DNA from: Macrostomum lignano
Lineage: Eukaryota
DNA: 64,000 nt
Assembly: GCA_002269645.1 (NCBI GenBank)
Contig: NIVC01001419.1
Span: 62,001-126,000 of the forward strand
Direction: 5' to 3'
In this document: piece by piece, positions 53,236 to 64,000 of the stretch
Layout: each line of letters starts with the position of its first letter
How positions within the stretch are numbered: position 1 is the first letter of the stretch
Position numbers and translations under genes: made by a program
The notes under the pieces: model-generated
What the model was told of the DNA's origin: nothing
What the model saw: the letters and a program-made list of their open reading frames with translations, nothing else
Databases searched by the model: none

Positions 53236-53385
53236 TTTGATTGATTACACCTGCCTCAATTGGGCAGGGGGGGGGGTCGCTACACACTGCCTCAATTACC
53301 CCAGCTAATGCTGGCACCAATTTTACAGCTGGGTGAACTGAAGCAATGCAGAGTTAAGTGTCTTGCTCAAGAGAACAAAAGAACA
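53236..53385 (-). mobile_element. tRNA-derived SINE, copy 3 (5'-truncated, internally deleted)
   Basis: TTGATTACACCTGCC...CTCAATTACCCCAGCTAATGCTGGCACCAATTTTACAGCTGGGTGAACTGAAGCAATGCAGAGTT matches copy 2. Confidence 0.8.
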
Positions 53386-53943
53386 AGAGAACAGCAACTT
53401 CATCCGTTTATCCTTCCTGAGCGCTCCTACAGAGTTTCCAACTGGATTCCCATCTGGTTTTTGTCCTTATGAGAATTACCTGACCACGCCTCAATGCCGC
53501 GAAAACGCCCGAGGAAGCACCGATAAGCAAAGGTAATCTTTACACATTTTTCTACGAAAAGCCATGGCAACCAGCGCGAAAAGTCAATGCGCGAATTTTA
53601 GCTATCTATCTAGCAACCCTTATTCCCAAGCCAAGCAATCAAGTGAATTTTTTCCCATGCGAAGAATCGCAGATGTCGCATTTTTTCCGCTAACTGAGGC
53701 CTCCCATCGAAATTAATTGCTTAAGAAATGCTCTTGCAAGCCACTTCCATTGCATTCAGATAGATGGAATTTTTTATTCCAAACCTTGCATTGAAACAGG
53801 CTTCACTCTGCAGCCTCCAAGACAAAAGGTGCTCATTTTCCCACTGATAAAAAATGCCACGTCAGCAATATTGACAGCAATTGAGTGAATAAGCAAGTGA
53901 ATTTCCGAGCCAAAGCTAATTTGGGAGGGGAAGAAAGCCAGGA

Positions 53944-55290
53944 TAGAGCTGCCAATCTACTCACTATGGTAGAGCTGCCAATCTACTCACTATGGTAGAG
54001 CTGCCAATCTACTCACTCAGGTAGAGCTGCCAATCTACTCACTATGGTAGAGCTGCCAATCTACTCACTATGGTAGAGCTGCCAATCTACTCACAATGGT
54101 AGAGCTGCCAATCTACTCACTATGGTAGAGCTGCCAATCTACTCACTATGGTAGAGCTGCCAATCTACTCACTATGGTAGAGCTGCCAATCTACTCACTA
54201 TGGTAGAGCTGCCAATCTACTCACTATGGTAGAGCTGCCAATCTACTCACTATGGTAGAGCTGCCAATCTACTCACTATTGTAGAGCTGCCAATCTACTC
54301 ACTATGGTAGAGCTGCCAATCTACTCACTATTGTAGAGCTGCCAATCTACTCACTCAGGTAGAGCTGCCAATCTACTCACTCAGGTAGAGCTGCCAATCT
54401 ACTCACTATGGTAGAGCTGCCAATCTACTCACTATTGTAGAGCTGCCAATCTACTCACTCAGGTAGAGCTGCCAATCTACTCACTATGGTAGAGCTGCCA
54501 ATCTACTCACTATTGTAGAGCTGCCAATCTACTCACTCAGGTAGAGCTGCCAATCTACTCACTATGGTAGAGCTGCCAATCTACTCACTATGGTAGAGCT
54601 GCCAATCTACTCACTATGGTAGAGCTGCCAATCTACTCACTATGGTAGAGCTGCCAATCTACTCACTCAGGTAGAGCTGCCAATCTACTCACTATTGTAG
54701 AGCTGCCAATCTACTCACTATGGTAGAGCTGCCAATCTACTCACTATGGTAGAGCTGCCAATCTACTCACTATGGTAGAGCTGCCAATCTACTCACTATG
54801 GTAGAGCTGCCAATCTACTCACTATGGTAGAGCTGCCAATCTACTCACTCAGGTAGAGCTGCCAATCTACTCACTATGGTAGAGCTGCCAATCTACTCAC
54901 TATGGTAGAGCTGCCAATCTACTCACTATGGTAGAGCTGCCAATCTACTCACTATGGTAGAGCTGCCAATCTACTCACTATGGTAGAGCTGCCAATCTAC
55001 TCACTATGATAGAGCTGCCAATCTATTCACTCAGGTACAACTGCAAATCTACTATGACTCACTCAGGTAGAACTGCCATTCTATTATGACTCAATCAGGT
55101 AGAACTGCCAATCTACTATGACTCACTCAGGTAGAACTGCCAATCCACCATGACTCACTCAGGTAGAACTGCCAATCTACCATGACTCAATCAGGTAGAA
55201 CTACCTATCTACCATGACTCAATCAGGTAGAACTGCTAATCTACCATGACTCACTCAGGTAGAACTGCCAATCTACCATGACTCACTCAG
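53944..55290. repeat. 26-bp minisatellite GTAGAGCTGCCAATCTACTCACTATG (about 41 copies) grading into a diverged 31-bp version
   Basis: The period is 26 from 53944. Longer units with an ATGAC-type insert appear after about 55020. Confidence 0.96.
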
Positions 55291-55934
55291 GCGCCGATAA
55301 GTTTTCAGTAAATAAGAAAGAAGAACCAGCACAGAATCTCCAACTGCTCTTTCATTTAATCATAGCATAAAGAACTTTGTTTGTTAGTAACATGACTCAC
55401 CACCAAAATATTACTAACCCGAATAGCATGATATTTAATCGTTAGTAAAATTAAACTCTCATTTAAAAACCAAAGGCACGTTGCATATATGATCAGAGAA
55501 AATCGAAATAACAAAGAAACCGGCAATAAACTGCAGTTGCTTACGCAATACGCTACTAAAAGTAGGCTAGTAGTGAACCTTTTTACATAATGCTTTTTAC
55601 CTGTACAATAACACGAAAGCCAAAAAAACGTAAAAAAAGGTGAGAGAATAAGGACGGATTCAAGTAAAAGAATTATTTAAAATCTTTGGACGAAGTTCGT
55701 TTGCTTGGGCCAAATTGTGTTTTAAAGTGATCGTATACGCTAAAAGTGAACAAAGTACTCGTAGCTACCGACTAAAATAGCTGGACTGCGCAAGTACATA
55801 CAGCATACGAAGCGAGTAATGCTGATTGCAGAATCATTTCAGAACGCTTAAAAAAACTCTTTTTTATCGGGGGATGGTAAAAGTCGTAAAAAACTCTCAA
55901 ATTAAAAAGGGCATTCTAGAGGGCTGTCCACAGG

Positions 55935-56582
55935 ACTATGAGGGGAACAGCGGCCCACAGAAGGACCATGAGGGACAGCAACGGCCCACAGAAGGACCAT
56001 GAGGGACAGCAACGGCCCACAGAAGGACCATTGAGACAGCAACGGCCCACAGAAAAACCATTGAGACAGCAACGGCCCACACAGAAGGACCATTGAGACA
56101 GCAGCGGCCCACAGAAAAACCATTGAGACAGCAACGGCCCACACAGAAGGACCATTGAGACAGCAGCGGCCCACACAGAAAAACCATTGAGACAGCAGCG
56201 GCCCACACAGAAGGACCATTGAGACAGCAGCGGCCCACACAGAAGGACCATTGAGACAGCAGCGGCCCACACAGAAAAACCATTGAGACAGCAACGGCCC
56301 ACACAGAAGGACCATTGAGACAGCAGCGGCCCACACAGAAGGACCATTGAGACAGCAGCGGCCCACACAGAAAAACCATTGAGACAGCAGCGGCCCACAC
56401 AGAAGGACCATTTAGACAGCAGCGGCCCACACAGAAGGACCATTTAGACAGCAACGGCCCACAGAAGAACCATTCAGACAGCAGCGGCCCACAGAAGAAC
56501 CATTGAGACAGCAGCGGCCCACAGAAGAACCATTGAGACAGCAGCGGCCCACACAGAAGGACCATTCAGACAGCAGCGGCCA
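55935..56582. repeat. 30-33-bp minisatellite ACAGAAGGACCATTGAGACAGCAGCGGCCCAC immediately 3' of the CFAP20DC stop
   Basis: Seen directly. Confidence 0.94.
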
Positions 56583-56584
56583 AT

Positions 56585-58639
56585 TCACAACAGCTCATAG
56601 TACTTATAAGTCTTCGGATCAAAGTAGCAATTCAGCGACGGATCGTACAGCAAGTCGATGAGGTCGCCGCGGTCCTCGCCGCCGCTTTGACTCGACCCGC
56701 GCGAGTCCGACGCTGCCGATGAGGGAGTCGCGGCGGCGGCGGCGGCGGCGGCAGCTGGGGCGGCGGTGGAAGCGGGAACTGACTGAACTGGCGGGCTCAG
56801 AACCCGATTGAAGCTCTGCTCCAGCGTCTCGTCAGACACCCTGGCGCCCATCATCTCCAGCTTGTGATGCTGGCCTGGCGAGGGCACCCGCAGCTTCTGC
56901 CGGTAGGTGCTCAGCGTGTCCGTGTCGTCGTCATCGTCTGAGCTGCTCGCCGACTTGTCGTGCAGGTGCTTGGTGAGCCGCTTCCGGGGTGACTGCAGGG
57001 TTGGGGGGGGGTGTGTCTGTCAGCTGTTTGCCCTGTCTGTCAGCTGTTTGCCCTGCCTGTCAGCTGTTTGCCCTGTCTGTCAGCTGTTTGCCCTGCCTGT
57101 CAGCTGTTTGCCCTGTCTGTCAGCTGTTTGCCCTGTTTGCCCTGTCTGTCAGCTGTTTGCGCTGTCTGTCAGCTGTTTGCCCTGTTTGCCCTGTCTGTCA
57201 GCTGTTTGCCCTGCCTGTCAGCTGTTTGCGCTGTCTGTCAGCTGTTTGCCCTGTCTGTCAGCTGTTTGCCCTGTTTGCCCTGTCTGTCAGCTGTTTGCGC
57301 TGTCTGTCAGCTGTTTGCCCTGTTTGCCCTGTCTGTCAGCTGTTTGCCCTGTCTGTCAGCTGTTTGCCCTGTTTGCCCTGTCTGTCAGCTGTTTGCCCTG
57401 TTTGCCCTGTCTGTCAGCTGTTTGCGCTGTCTGTCAGCTGTTTGCCCTGTTTGCCCTGTCTGTCAGCTGTTTGCGCTGTCTGTCAGCTGTTTGCCCTGTT
57501 TGCCCTGTCTGTCAGCTGTTTGCGCTGTCTGTCAGCTGTTTGCCCTGTTTGCCTTGTCTGTCAGCTGTTTGCGCTGTCTGTCAGCTGTTTGCCCTGTTTG
57601 CCCTGTCTGTCAGCTGTTTGCGCTGTCTGTCAGCTGTTTGCCCTGTTTGCCCTGTCTGTCAGCTGTTTGCCCTGTTTGCCCTGTCTGTCAGCTGTTTGCG
57701 CTGTCTGTCAGCTGTTTGCCCTGTTTGCCCTGTCTGTCAGCTGTTTGCGCTGTCTGTCAGCTGTTTGCCCTGTTTGCCCTGTCTGTCAGCTGTTTGCGCT
57801 GTCTGTCAGCTGTTTGCCCTGTTTGCCCTGTCTGTCAGCTGTTTGCGCTGTCTGTCAGCTGTTTGCCCTGTTTGCCCTGTCTCTCAGCTGTTTGTGCTGT
57901 CTGTCACTTCCACTGAATCTGTCACTCCCACTGAATCTGTCACTCCCACTGAATCTGTCACTCCCACTGAATCTGTCACTCCCACTGAATCTGTCACTCC
58001 CACTGAATCTGTCACTCCCACTGAATCTGTCACTCCCACTGAATCTGTCACTCCCACTGAATCTGTCACTCCCACTGAATCTGTCACTCCCACTGAATCT
58101 GTCACTCCCACTGAATCCGTCACTCCTACTTAATTTCACTCCCACCGAGAATCTGTCACTCCCACCTAATATGTCAGTCTCAACAATTCTGTCACTCTCA
58201 CCGCATCTGTCACTCCCACGGAATCTGTCAGCTTCTTAGCCTGTCTGTCACTATCTGCCTTATCTCTTACTATCCATCTACCTGTCAATCTTCACCTATC
58301 TGTCACTCTTAATCATATCGTCACGCCTATTTATCACTTTTCAATTCTACTCCTAATTTCTCTGTCACTCTGTCTAGCTTTTTTCCTCACCAACCTTCCC
58401 TAAATGCTCCTCCTCCTACCTTGTCGTCCTCGGCATCTGAGGTGGCCTCGTTTTTCAGATCCTGCAGCATTTGGGCTTCGAAGCTGTCGGAGAGGTCCGT
58501 CATTTTGTACTGCCGGAGGTTCAGAGCCGGCCTTGGTGAGGCACCAGCCTGGAGGGTTCGGTTGAGAATTCGGTTGATCAATCAGTCAAGCAACCAATCG
58601 ACCAATCAATCAACCTATCAACTAATCAATCAACTAATC

Positions 58640-58673
<34 letters not shown>

Positions 58674-61083
58674 CAGAGCAATCAACCTATCAAAAATCAA
58701 TTATTCAATCAATCAAACAAGCAACTAATCAATCAAACAAATAATCAATAAATAAAAAACCAATCCATCAATCAACAAATCAACGAAATCAATAAACTAA
58801 TCGATCAAAAATCAATCAAAATCAATTAATCAATCAATCAATCAAAAATCGATCAATCGATCAATCAATCAACTAATCAATCAATCAATTAATCAATCAA
58901 AAATCGATCAATCGATCAATCAAAAATCATTCAATCAATCAATCAATCAATCAAAAATCGATCAATCAATCAATCAAAAATCGATCAATCAATCAATCAA
59001 TCAATCAATTGCTCTAGTTTATTCCACAAGGCCACCAAAATCCACATCCAACCCAAAGCAGACGCTGCACCCGTCATCTCACCTTGGAAATCTTCGCTTT
59101 GACCTCGTCAGCGCTGATGAGGCGCAGAGACTGGCGACTCAGCCGCTCCCTGGTGTGGCTCGCAGCCGGCGACACCAGCAGCGACGGCGGCTGTGGCATC
59201 GGCGGCTGCCGCTGACGCCCCCGACGCTGGTCCGAGGTGACAGGCGGGCTGGTAAACACGAAGGTGCCCGGGCCGGGCTCCTCATCTTCGTCGAGCTGCT
59301 TGCCGCCACTGCCGCTGCGCCTGCGGCTGTTGCGGCTGCGTTGCGGCTGCGGGCCTTCGTCTGGTGCATCCGCCTCCGCCTCGCTGGTGCTGTAGCCGCC
59401 GCCTCCGCCGCCGCCTCCGCCACCGCCGCCGCCTCCGCCACCGCCGCCGCCTCCGCCACCGTTGCGATTTTGGCGGCTTCTGCTTTTGGTTAAATTATGC
59501 CAGAGTTGATTTTTGATTGGCAATGGAAGGGGACACAATGTTGTCAGTACTATACACACCTGTTGTCAGTACTATACACACCTGTTGTCAGTACTATACA
59601 CACCTGTTGTCAGTACTATACACACCTGTTGTCAGTACTATACACACCTGTTGTCAGTACTATACACACCTGTTGTCAGTACTATACACACCTGTTGTCA
59701 GTACTATACACACCTGTTGTCAGTACTATACACACCTGTTGTCAGTACTATACACACCTGTTGTCAGTACTATACACACCTGTTGTCAGTACTATACACA
59801 CCTGTTGTCAGTACTATACACACCTGTTGTCAGAACTATACACACCTTTTACCAGTATTGAAAGTACAAATCCATTTTATTTGATCCCAACAAAGCTTCG
59901 CTTCGATCCTTAACGCAGATAAGTCCTCAAGCTTAAAAACATTACAATGCTAATCCAGCATTGCGCATTATAAGAAACCTGGACTCACCTGGAGGCGGCA
60001 GATCCAGCAGACAGCACCCGAGTTTGCGCGTTAGCAAGCGGCGGCCTTCTTGGCGGAGTTGGTGACAACTGAGCCTGCTGTTGCTGCTGCTGCTGCTGGT
60101 TGGTGGTGGCAGCCCGCAAGCGTCGTCTTTGATGATGCCGACTTCGCTGCTGCTGCTGCTGTTGCTTCTGCCAGCCATTCGGCTCGTCTGGCGGCGGTCG
60201 CGGCTGCAAAGGCGGTTGCGGCTGATGCTGCTGCGGCTGCGGCGGCTGCTGCCGGGACTCCGCACTGCTGGGATTTGAAGAGGCCGAGTGATGCTGCTGC
60301 TGCTGCTGCTGCTGATGGCGCGGCTGCCGACCAGACGAAGCCGCCGATGCCATGGAAGAGGAGGGCGATGAAGATTGCTGCTGAAGCAACATCTGCTGCT
60401 GCTGATGCTGGAGTGGCTGCCAAGCCGCAATCCGGAGCTTGCTGGGGTTCAGCAGTCGAGTTGGACAGCTGCCGCCACTGCCAGCGCTGCCGCTTTCCGC
60501 CGGCTCGTTCAAAGCGGTGGACACCCGAGAGAGACGGCAGTTGGCCGCCACGGAGACTCGGTCCAGGCTGCGGTAGCGCTGCTCCCGCCACAGCTCGGCG
60601 ACGAATGCTCGGAGGTCGACGGCTAAGGTGTTCCACTGAGTTTGACAAACAACAACAACGTTGTTTACATCGAGAAGTTGCCAAGTTTAAACAGCACTCC
60701 TACAGCTCGAAACAACCCAAAGAACCACGGGAACTTTTCCCATAGGAAGCAGAAGAGGCACCCTTTGCTTTGGGGGTTGGCCATCATGGAAATTTTTCAA
60801 ATCTCACTGAGTTTTTTTGCCGACGAATTCAGCAAAGGAATCTTGGCCATGAGCTGGTCGCAAGCGGTCTCTCTCACTGTTGTTGAGAACAGCAGTCTGC
60901 GTCTGTTGCCCCGGAGTCTGTCACTCTGCCAGGGCGGATTAGAGATACTCAGACTGTAGAGTCAACAAGGGTAAAAAAGGCAGATACTCGTATGCGTGCC
61001 AGCTACTCACATTAGTTCGAAAGAGAATTCGGCATTCTGCGCCAGAAACACTTGCAAACAGAGAAAGCCGTGAACGATTGACA
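56585..61083 (-). CDS. CFAP20DC: CFAP20 domain-containing protein (C3orf67-like); exons 61083-61011, 60953-60808, 60635-59989, 59479-59083, 58548-58420, 56992-56585; first exon(s) unresolved
   Basis: DUF667-like segments read SIVHGFLCLQVFLAQNAEFSFEL, GNRRRLLFSTT..AKIPL and WNTLAVDLRAFVAELW..YRSLDRVSVAANCRLSRV. The C-terminus DLLYDPSLNCYFDPKTYKYYELL matches my recollection of the C3orf67 tail. Splice phases fit except for a 1-nt discrepancy at the 60808/60635 junction. Confidence 0.85.
57012..58215. repeat. compound intronic array: CTGTCTGTCAGCTGTTTGCC-type 9/20-bp units (to about 57905), then 18-bp CTGAATCTGTCACTCCCA
   Basis: Seen directly. It produces the artefactual Cys-rich ORFs. Confidence 0.95.
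58580..59010. repeat. (ATCA)n degenerate microsatellite
   Basis: Seen directly. Confidence 0.93.
59539..59848. repeat. 22-bp minisatellite TGTTGTCAGTACTATACACACC, about 14 copies
   Basis: The period is 22; intronic. Confidence 0.96.
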
Positions 61084-61403
61084 CTGGAATGTTAAGCGGT
61101 TAGATATATGTAGGTATAAAAAAACTCAGGAGAATATCTTCGGGTAAGGTCTACAATAGTGCAAACCCGAAAACTTTAATCAGCTCATGCGCTACCTTCG
61201 GGCCACCCGCAGGGCTGAACTCTCCTTTCCAGAGAGCACCATAGCTGCTGGCGACACTGGGGGACCTCCCTGGGCGGCGCCAACCCTCCGTCCATAGCGA
61301 CGCGTCGGCCGTTCAGGGACTAGCGGAATGGGCGCCCGCGCCTTCCCGCTGTGTCCCCTCCGGGACAGCCCTGCAGCTAAGTCAAGTAAGTCAAGACCGT
61401 AGC

Positions 61404-62230
61404 CCAGCAACTGACACTCTGGGAAGCTGGCCCAGCAACTGAGGATCTGGGAGGCTGGCCCAGCAATTGAGGACTGAGAGGCTAGCCCAGCAACTGACAA
61501 TCTGGGAGGCTGGCCCAGCAACTGAGGATCTGGGAGGTTGGCCCAGCAACTGAGGATCTGGGAGGGTGGCCCAGCAACTGAGGATCTGGGAGGTTGGCCC
61601 AGCAACTAAGGATCTGGGAGGCTGGCCCAGCAACTGAGGATCTAGGAGACTAGCCCAGCAACTGAGGATCTGGGAGGGTGGCGGTGGGCCAGAAACTGAG
61701 GATCTGGGAGGTTGGCCAGCAACTGAGGATCTGGGAGGCTGGCCCAGCAACTGAGGATCTAGGAGACTAGCCCAGCAACTGACAATCTGGGAGGCTGGCC
61801 CAGCAACTGAGGATCTGGGAGGGTGGCCCAGCAACTGAGGATCTGGGAGGTTGGCCCAGCAACTGAGGATCTGGGAGGCTGGCCCAGCAACTGAGGATCT
61901 AGGAGACTAGCCCAGCAACTGAGGATCTGGGAGGGTGGCGGTGGGCCAGAAACTGAGGATCTGGGAGGTTGGCCCAGCAACTGAGGATCTGGGAGGTTGG
62001 CCCAGCAACTGAGGATCTGGGAGGTTGGCCCAGCAACTGAGGATCTGGGAGGCTGGCCCAGCAACTGAGGATCTAGGAGACTAGCCCAGCAACTGAGGAT
62101 CTGGGAGGGTGGCGGTGGGCCAGAAACTGAGAATCTGGGAGGCTGGCTCAGCAACTGAGGATCTGGGAGGGTGGCGGTGGGCCAGAAACTGAGAATCTGG
62201 GAGGCTGGCTCAGCAACTGAGGATCTGGGA
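61404..62230. repeat. 28-bp minisatellite GGCCCAGCAACTGAGGATCTGGGAGG(C/T)T with 34-bp variants
   Basis: Seen directly. Confidence 0.94.
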
Positions 62231-62566
62231 GTACTAACGACTCACGAACAACTCTTAACAAAGTTAAGCAAAACCCAAAATCAGCATTTGCCCCCACAAA
62301 AAAGAAGAAAAAGCCAAATGACAAAAAGTTGCAGTCTCCCTGTTTTCAGTTCTGCTGCTACAAAAGAAATCAACATCGTGCAGATACACAAGTCGACAAT
62401 CTTTAAATATTTCGTGAATTTCAGACACCATTTAAACCATGAAAAGCTGAAACCGTATAAAGACAATGGGCACAATAATCAGGAAGTAAAAACAATGGAA
62501 ATATGATAGAATAAGAGGGATTCATAAAATCTGTAAAACGAAAGTCAAGTAAACTCATCCAGTTGA

Positions 62567-63452
62567 TCAGCAATTGTAAGCAGCCATGCTGATGTCGGGC
62601 CGGTGGCAGCTCAGGTCCCCAGCGTCCACAGCCGATACATCTCGCCTAGACAGCTCGATTCTCTGTTGCTTGGCAACCAAGCAGGCGAATTCGCGATACT
62701 CCATAGCCCTGGCCGCGTCTGCCGCTTCGATTCGTTTACTCTTAGTAGTATAATCGTGTTTTTTCCCTTTCCCACCAGCTCCAACAGCGGCGGCAGCATC
62801 GACGGCGGCCGCGCCAGCGCTGGGCAGTTTCAATCGCGGATCGGCATTTGTCGGCGACAGCAGGTCGGCAGCGGCCATGCGGCGCAGTCGACGCCGGTAC
62901 TGGTGGCAGGAGTAGGCCAGCCGGAACGCCGGAACCAGGACTAGGGAGGCCAGAGCGGCCACCAGCAGGTAGTGGTGCCACTCCAGCTGACTGGCGCCCC
63001 TACTTTGCCAGCAAAGAGTCGCATGAGAGCCAAGCTGGTGCTGACAGCCAGCGGGACAAAGATCAGCACAGCGGCTGCGTCAATCAGGAGGCTGCGCCTG
63101 ACGCTCGAATTAGCAAAGAATCGTCTGGCCCGACTTTTCCTACCGTTGCTGGCCGATCGATAATTAGCGCCAGGCAGCATGGTCCGATCGCTGATGCCGC
63201 TGCTGGAGCGTTTGCTGCGCTTCTTCTGCGATTGCTGCTGCGGCTTGGCGCTGCACATGGCGGACAGCGGCAGGATGGCCGACAGTGACAGCCGCGGCGG
63301 CTGCTGGCCGCTGGCTCCGGGTGTACTTTTCCAACAGGCACCGCCTCCCGGTGGCATCAGCTGATTGCTGTTCTTGTTGCTGTTGGCGCTGATGGCCGAT
63401 TTTGCCGACCCCTGCTGCTCTGAGATGACATTGCTGCCGTTATTATGATTGC

Positions 63453-63483
<31 letters not shown>

Positions 63484-63558
63484 GCTGTTGTTTTTATCGT
63501 CATCGTTGTTGTTGCTTTTGGCGGACATTTTGGAAACGTTGCGATAGCTATTTTCCAT
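62567..63558 (-). CDS. putative two-TM membrane protein with Asn-rich N-terminus; needs a -1 frame change near 62997-63000
   Basis: ORF 63558-62941 (poly-N, then hydrophobic LLIDAAAVLIFVPLAVSTSLALM) overlaps a second frame encoding YLLVAALASLVLVPAFRLAY..YRRRLRR to the stop at 62567. Both are GC-rich and coding-like. Confidence 0.5.
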
Positions 63559-64000
63559 CTATCACCTATCTATATTAAATTACCTTTTTTGACTACCTGA
63601 GGAGTCGACCACTTTTCAACGAGATAAGACGGAGAGAGAAAGGGTCTTGATGACAATTAATTGGCTCAGCGTAATCAACGTTTGTAACCTATGTACATTT
63701 GGGCTAGCTCAGAGGCGTGCAACCCAATGTACATCGATGGTGTACGCTTTAATGGTCACGTGACGTTATACTGTTGGGGTGGAGGTTGAATGGCGAGAGA
63801 AAACTGAAGAAAGAAACGTTTCTTTGCTATTTTTTTAGCTTTTTGTTTTTATTGTACATATTAGGTATCGATCACGTAAATTAGAATGTTTATAGCAAAT
63901 CAGTCAGCACGAAATAACCATAACTATAAAATTGCTTCTCTTGGGTTAATTTAGGCGAAAACTTACATGGCTTCCGTTTGTCACTAGGTAGTGTCATTTT

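Noticed and set aside
60905-60935. Second CFAP20DC frameshift (an acceptor at CTGGCAG giving VTDSG-GNRRR)
   Set aside because: The upstream acceptor at 60954 has a better pyrimidine tract and keeps the frame without any indel.
61195-61390. GC-rich stretch as the missing CFAP20DC 5' exon
   Set aside because: Weak resemblances occur in different frames, and the phase does not fit the best-looking frame. It is left unresolved.

Overview
This is eukaryotic (invertebrate metazoan) genomic DNA, with GT-AG introns, GC-rich exons, AT-rich introns and an extreme density of unrelated mini- and microsatellites. The style is reminiscent of the flatworm Macrostomum, which is an inference I cannot confirm. 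I reconstructed the following genes by hand: the last exon of an alpha-1,3-fucosyltransferase (+); a two-exon class C GPCR (+); a two-exon secreted 6-Cys peptide precursor that the ORF track misses (+); a four-exon RSKR/SGK494-like kinase (-); a two-exon single-pass membrane protein with an LC8-like motif (+); a mucin-stalk/2xFN2 membrane protein (+, 5' incomplete); a C-type-lectin plus four sushi-like-module membrane protein (-, 5' incomplete); CFAP20DC/C3orf67 (-); and a frameshifted two-TM gene (-). Mobile DNA comprises three copies of a tRNA-derived SINE, a non-autonomous hAT element with a perfect 8-bp TSD, several foldback/MITE-like inverted repeats, and decayed RTE-type LINE, P-element/THAP and LTR-protease remnants. 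The first 6.8 kb is an apparently invariant 61-bp hairpin-forming satellite. There is no CRISPR array or prokaryotic system. The best candidate for something undescribed is the defensin/toxin-like peptide precursor at 17277-17897. All family assignments rest on recalled motifs and manual translation; no database search was run.
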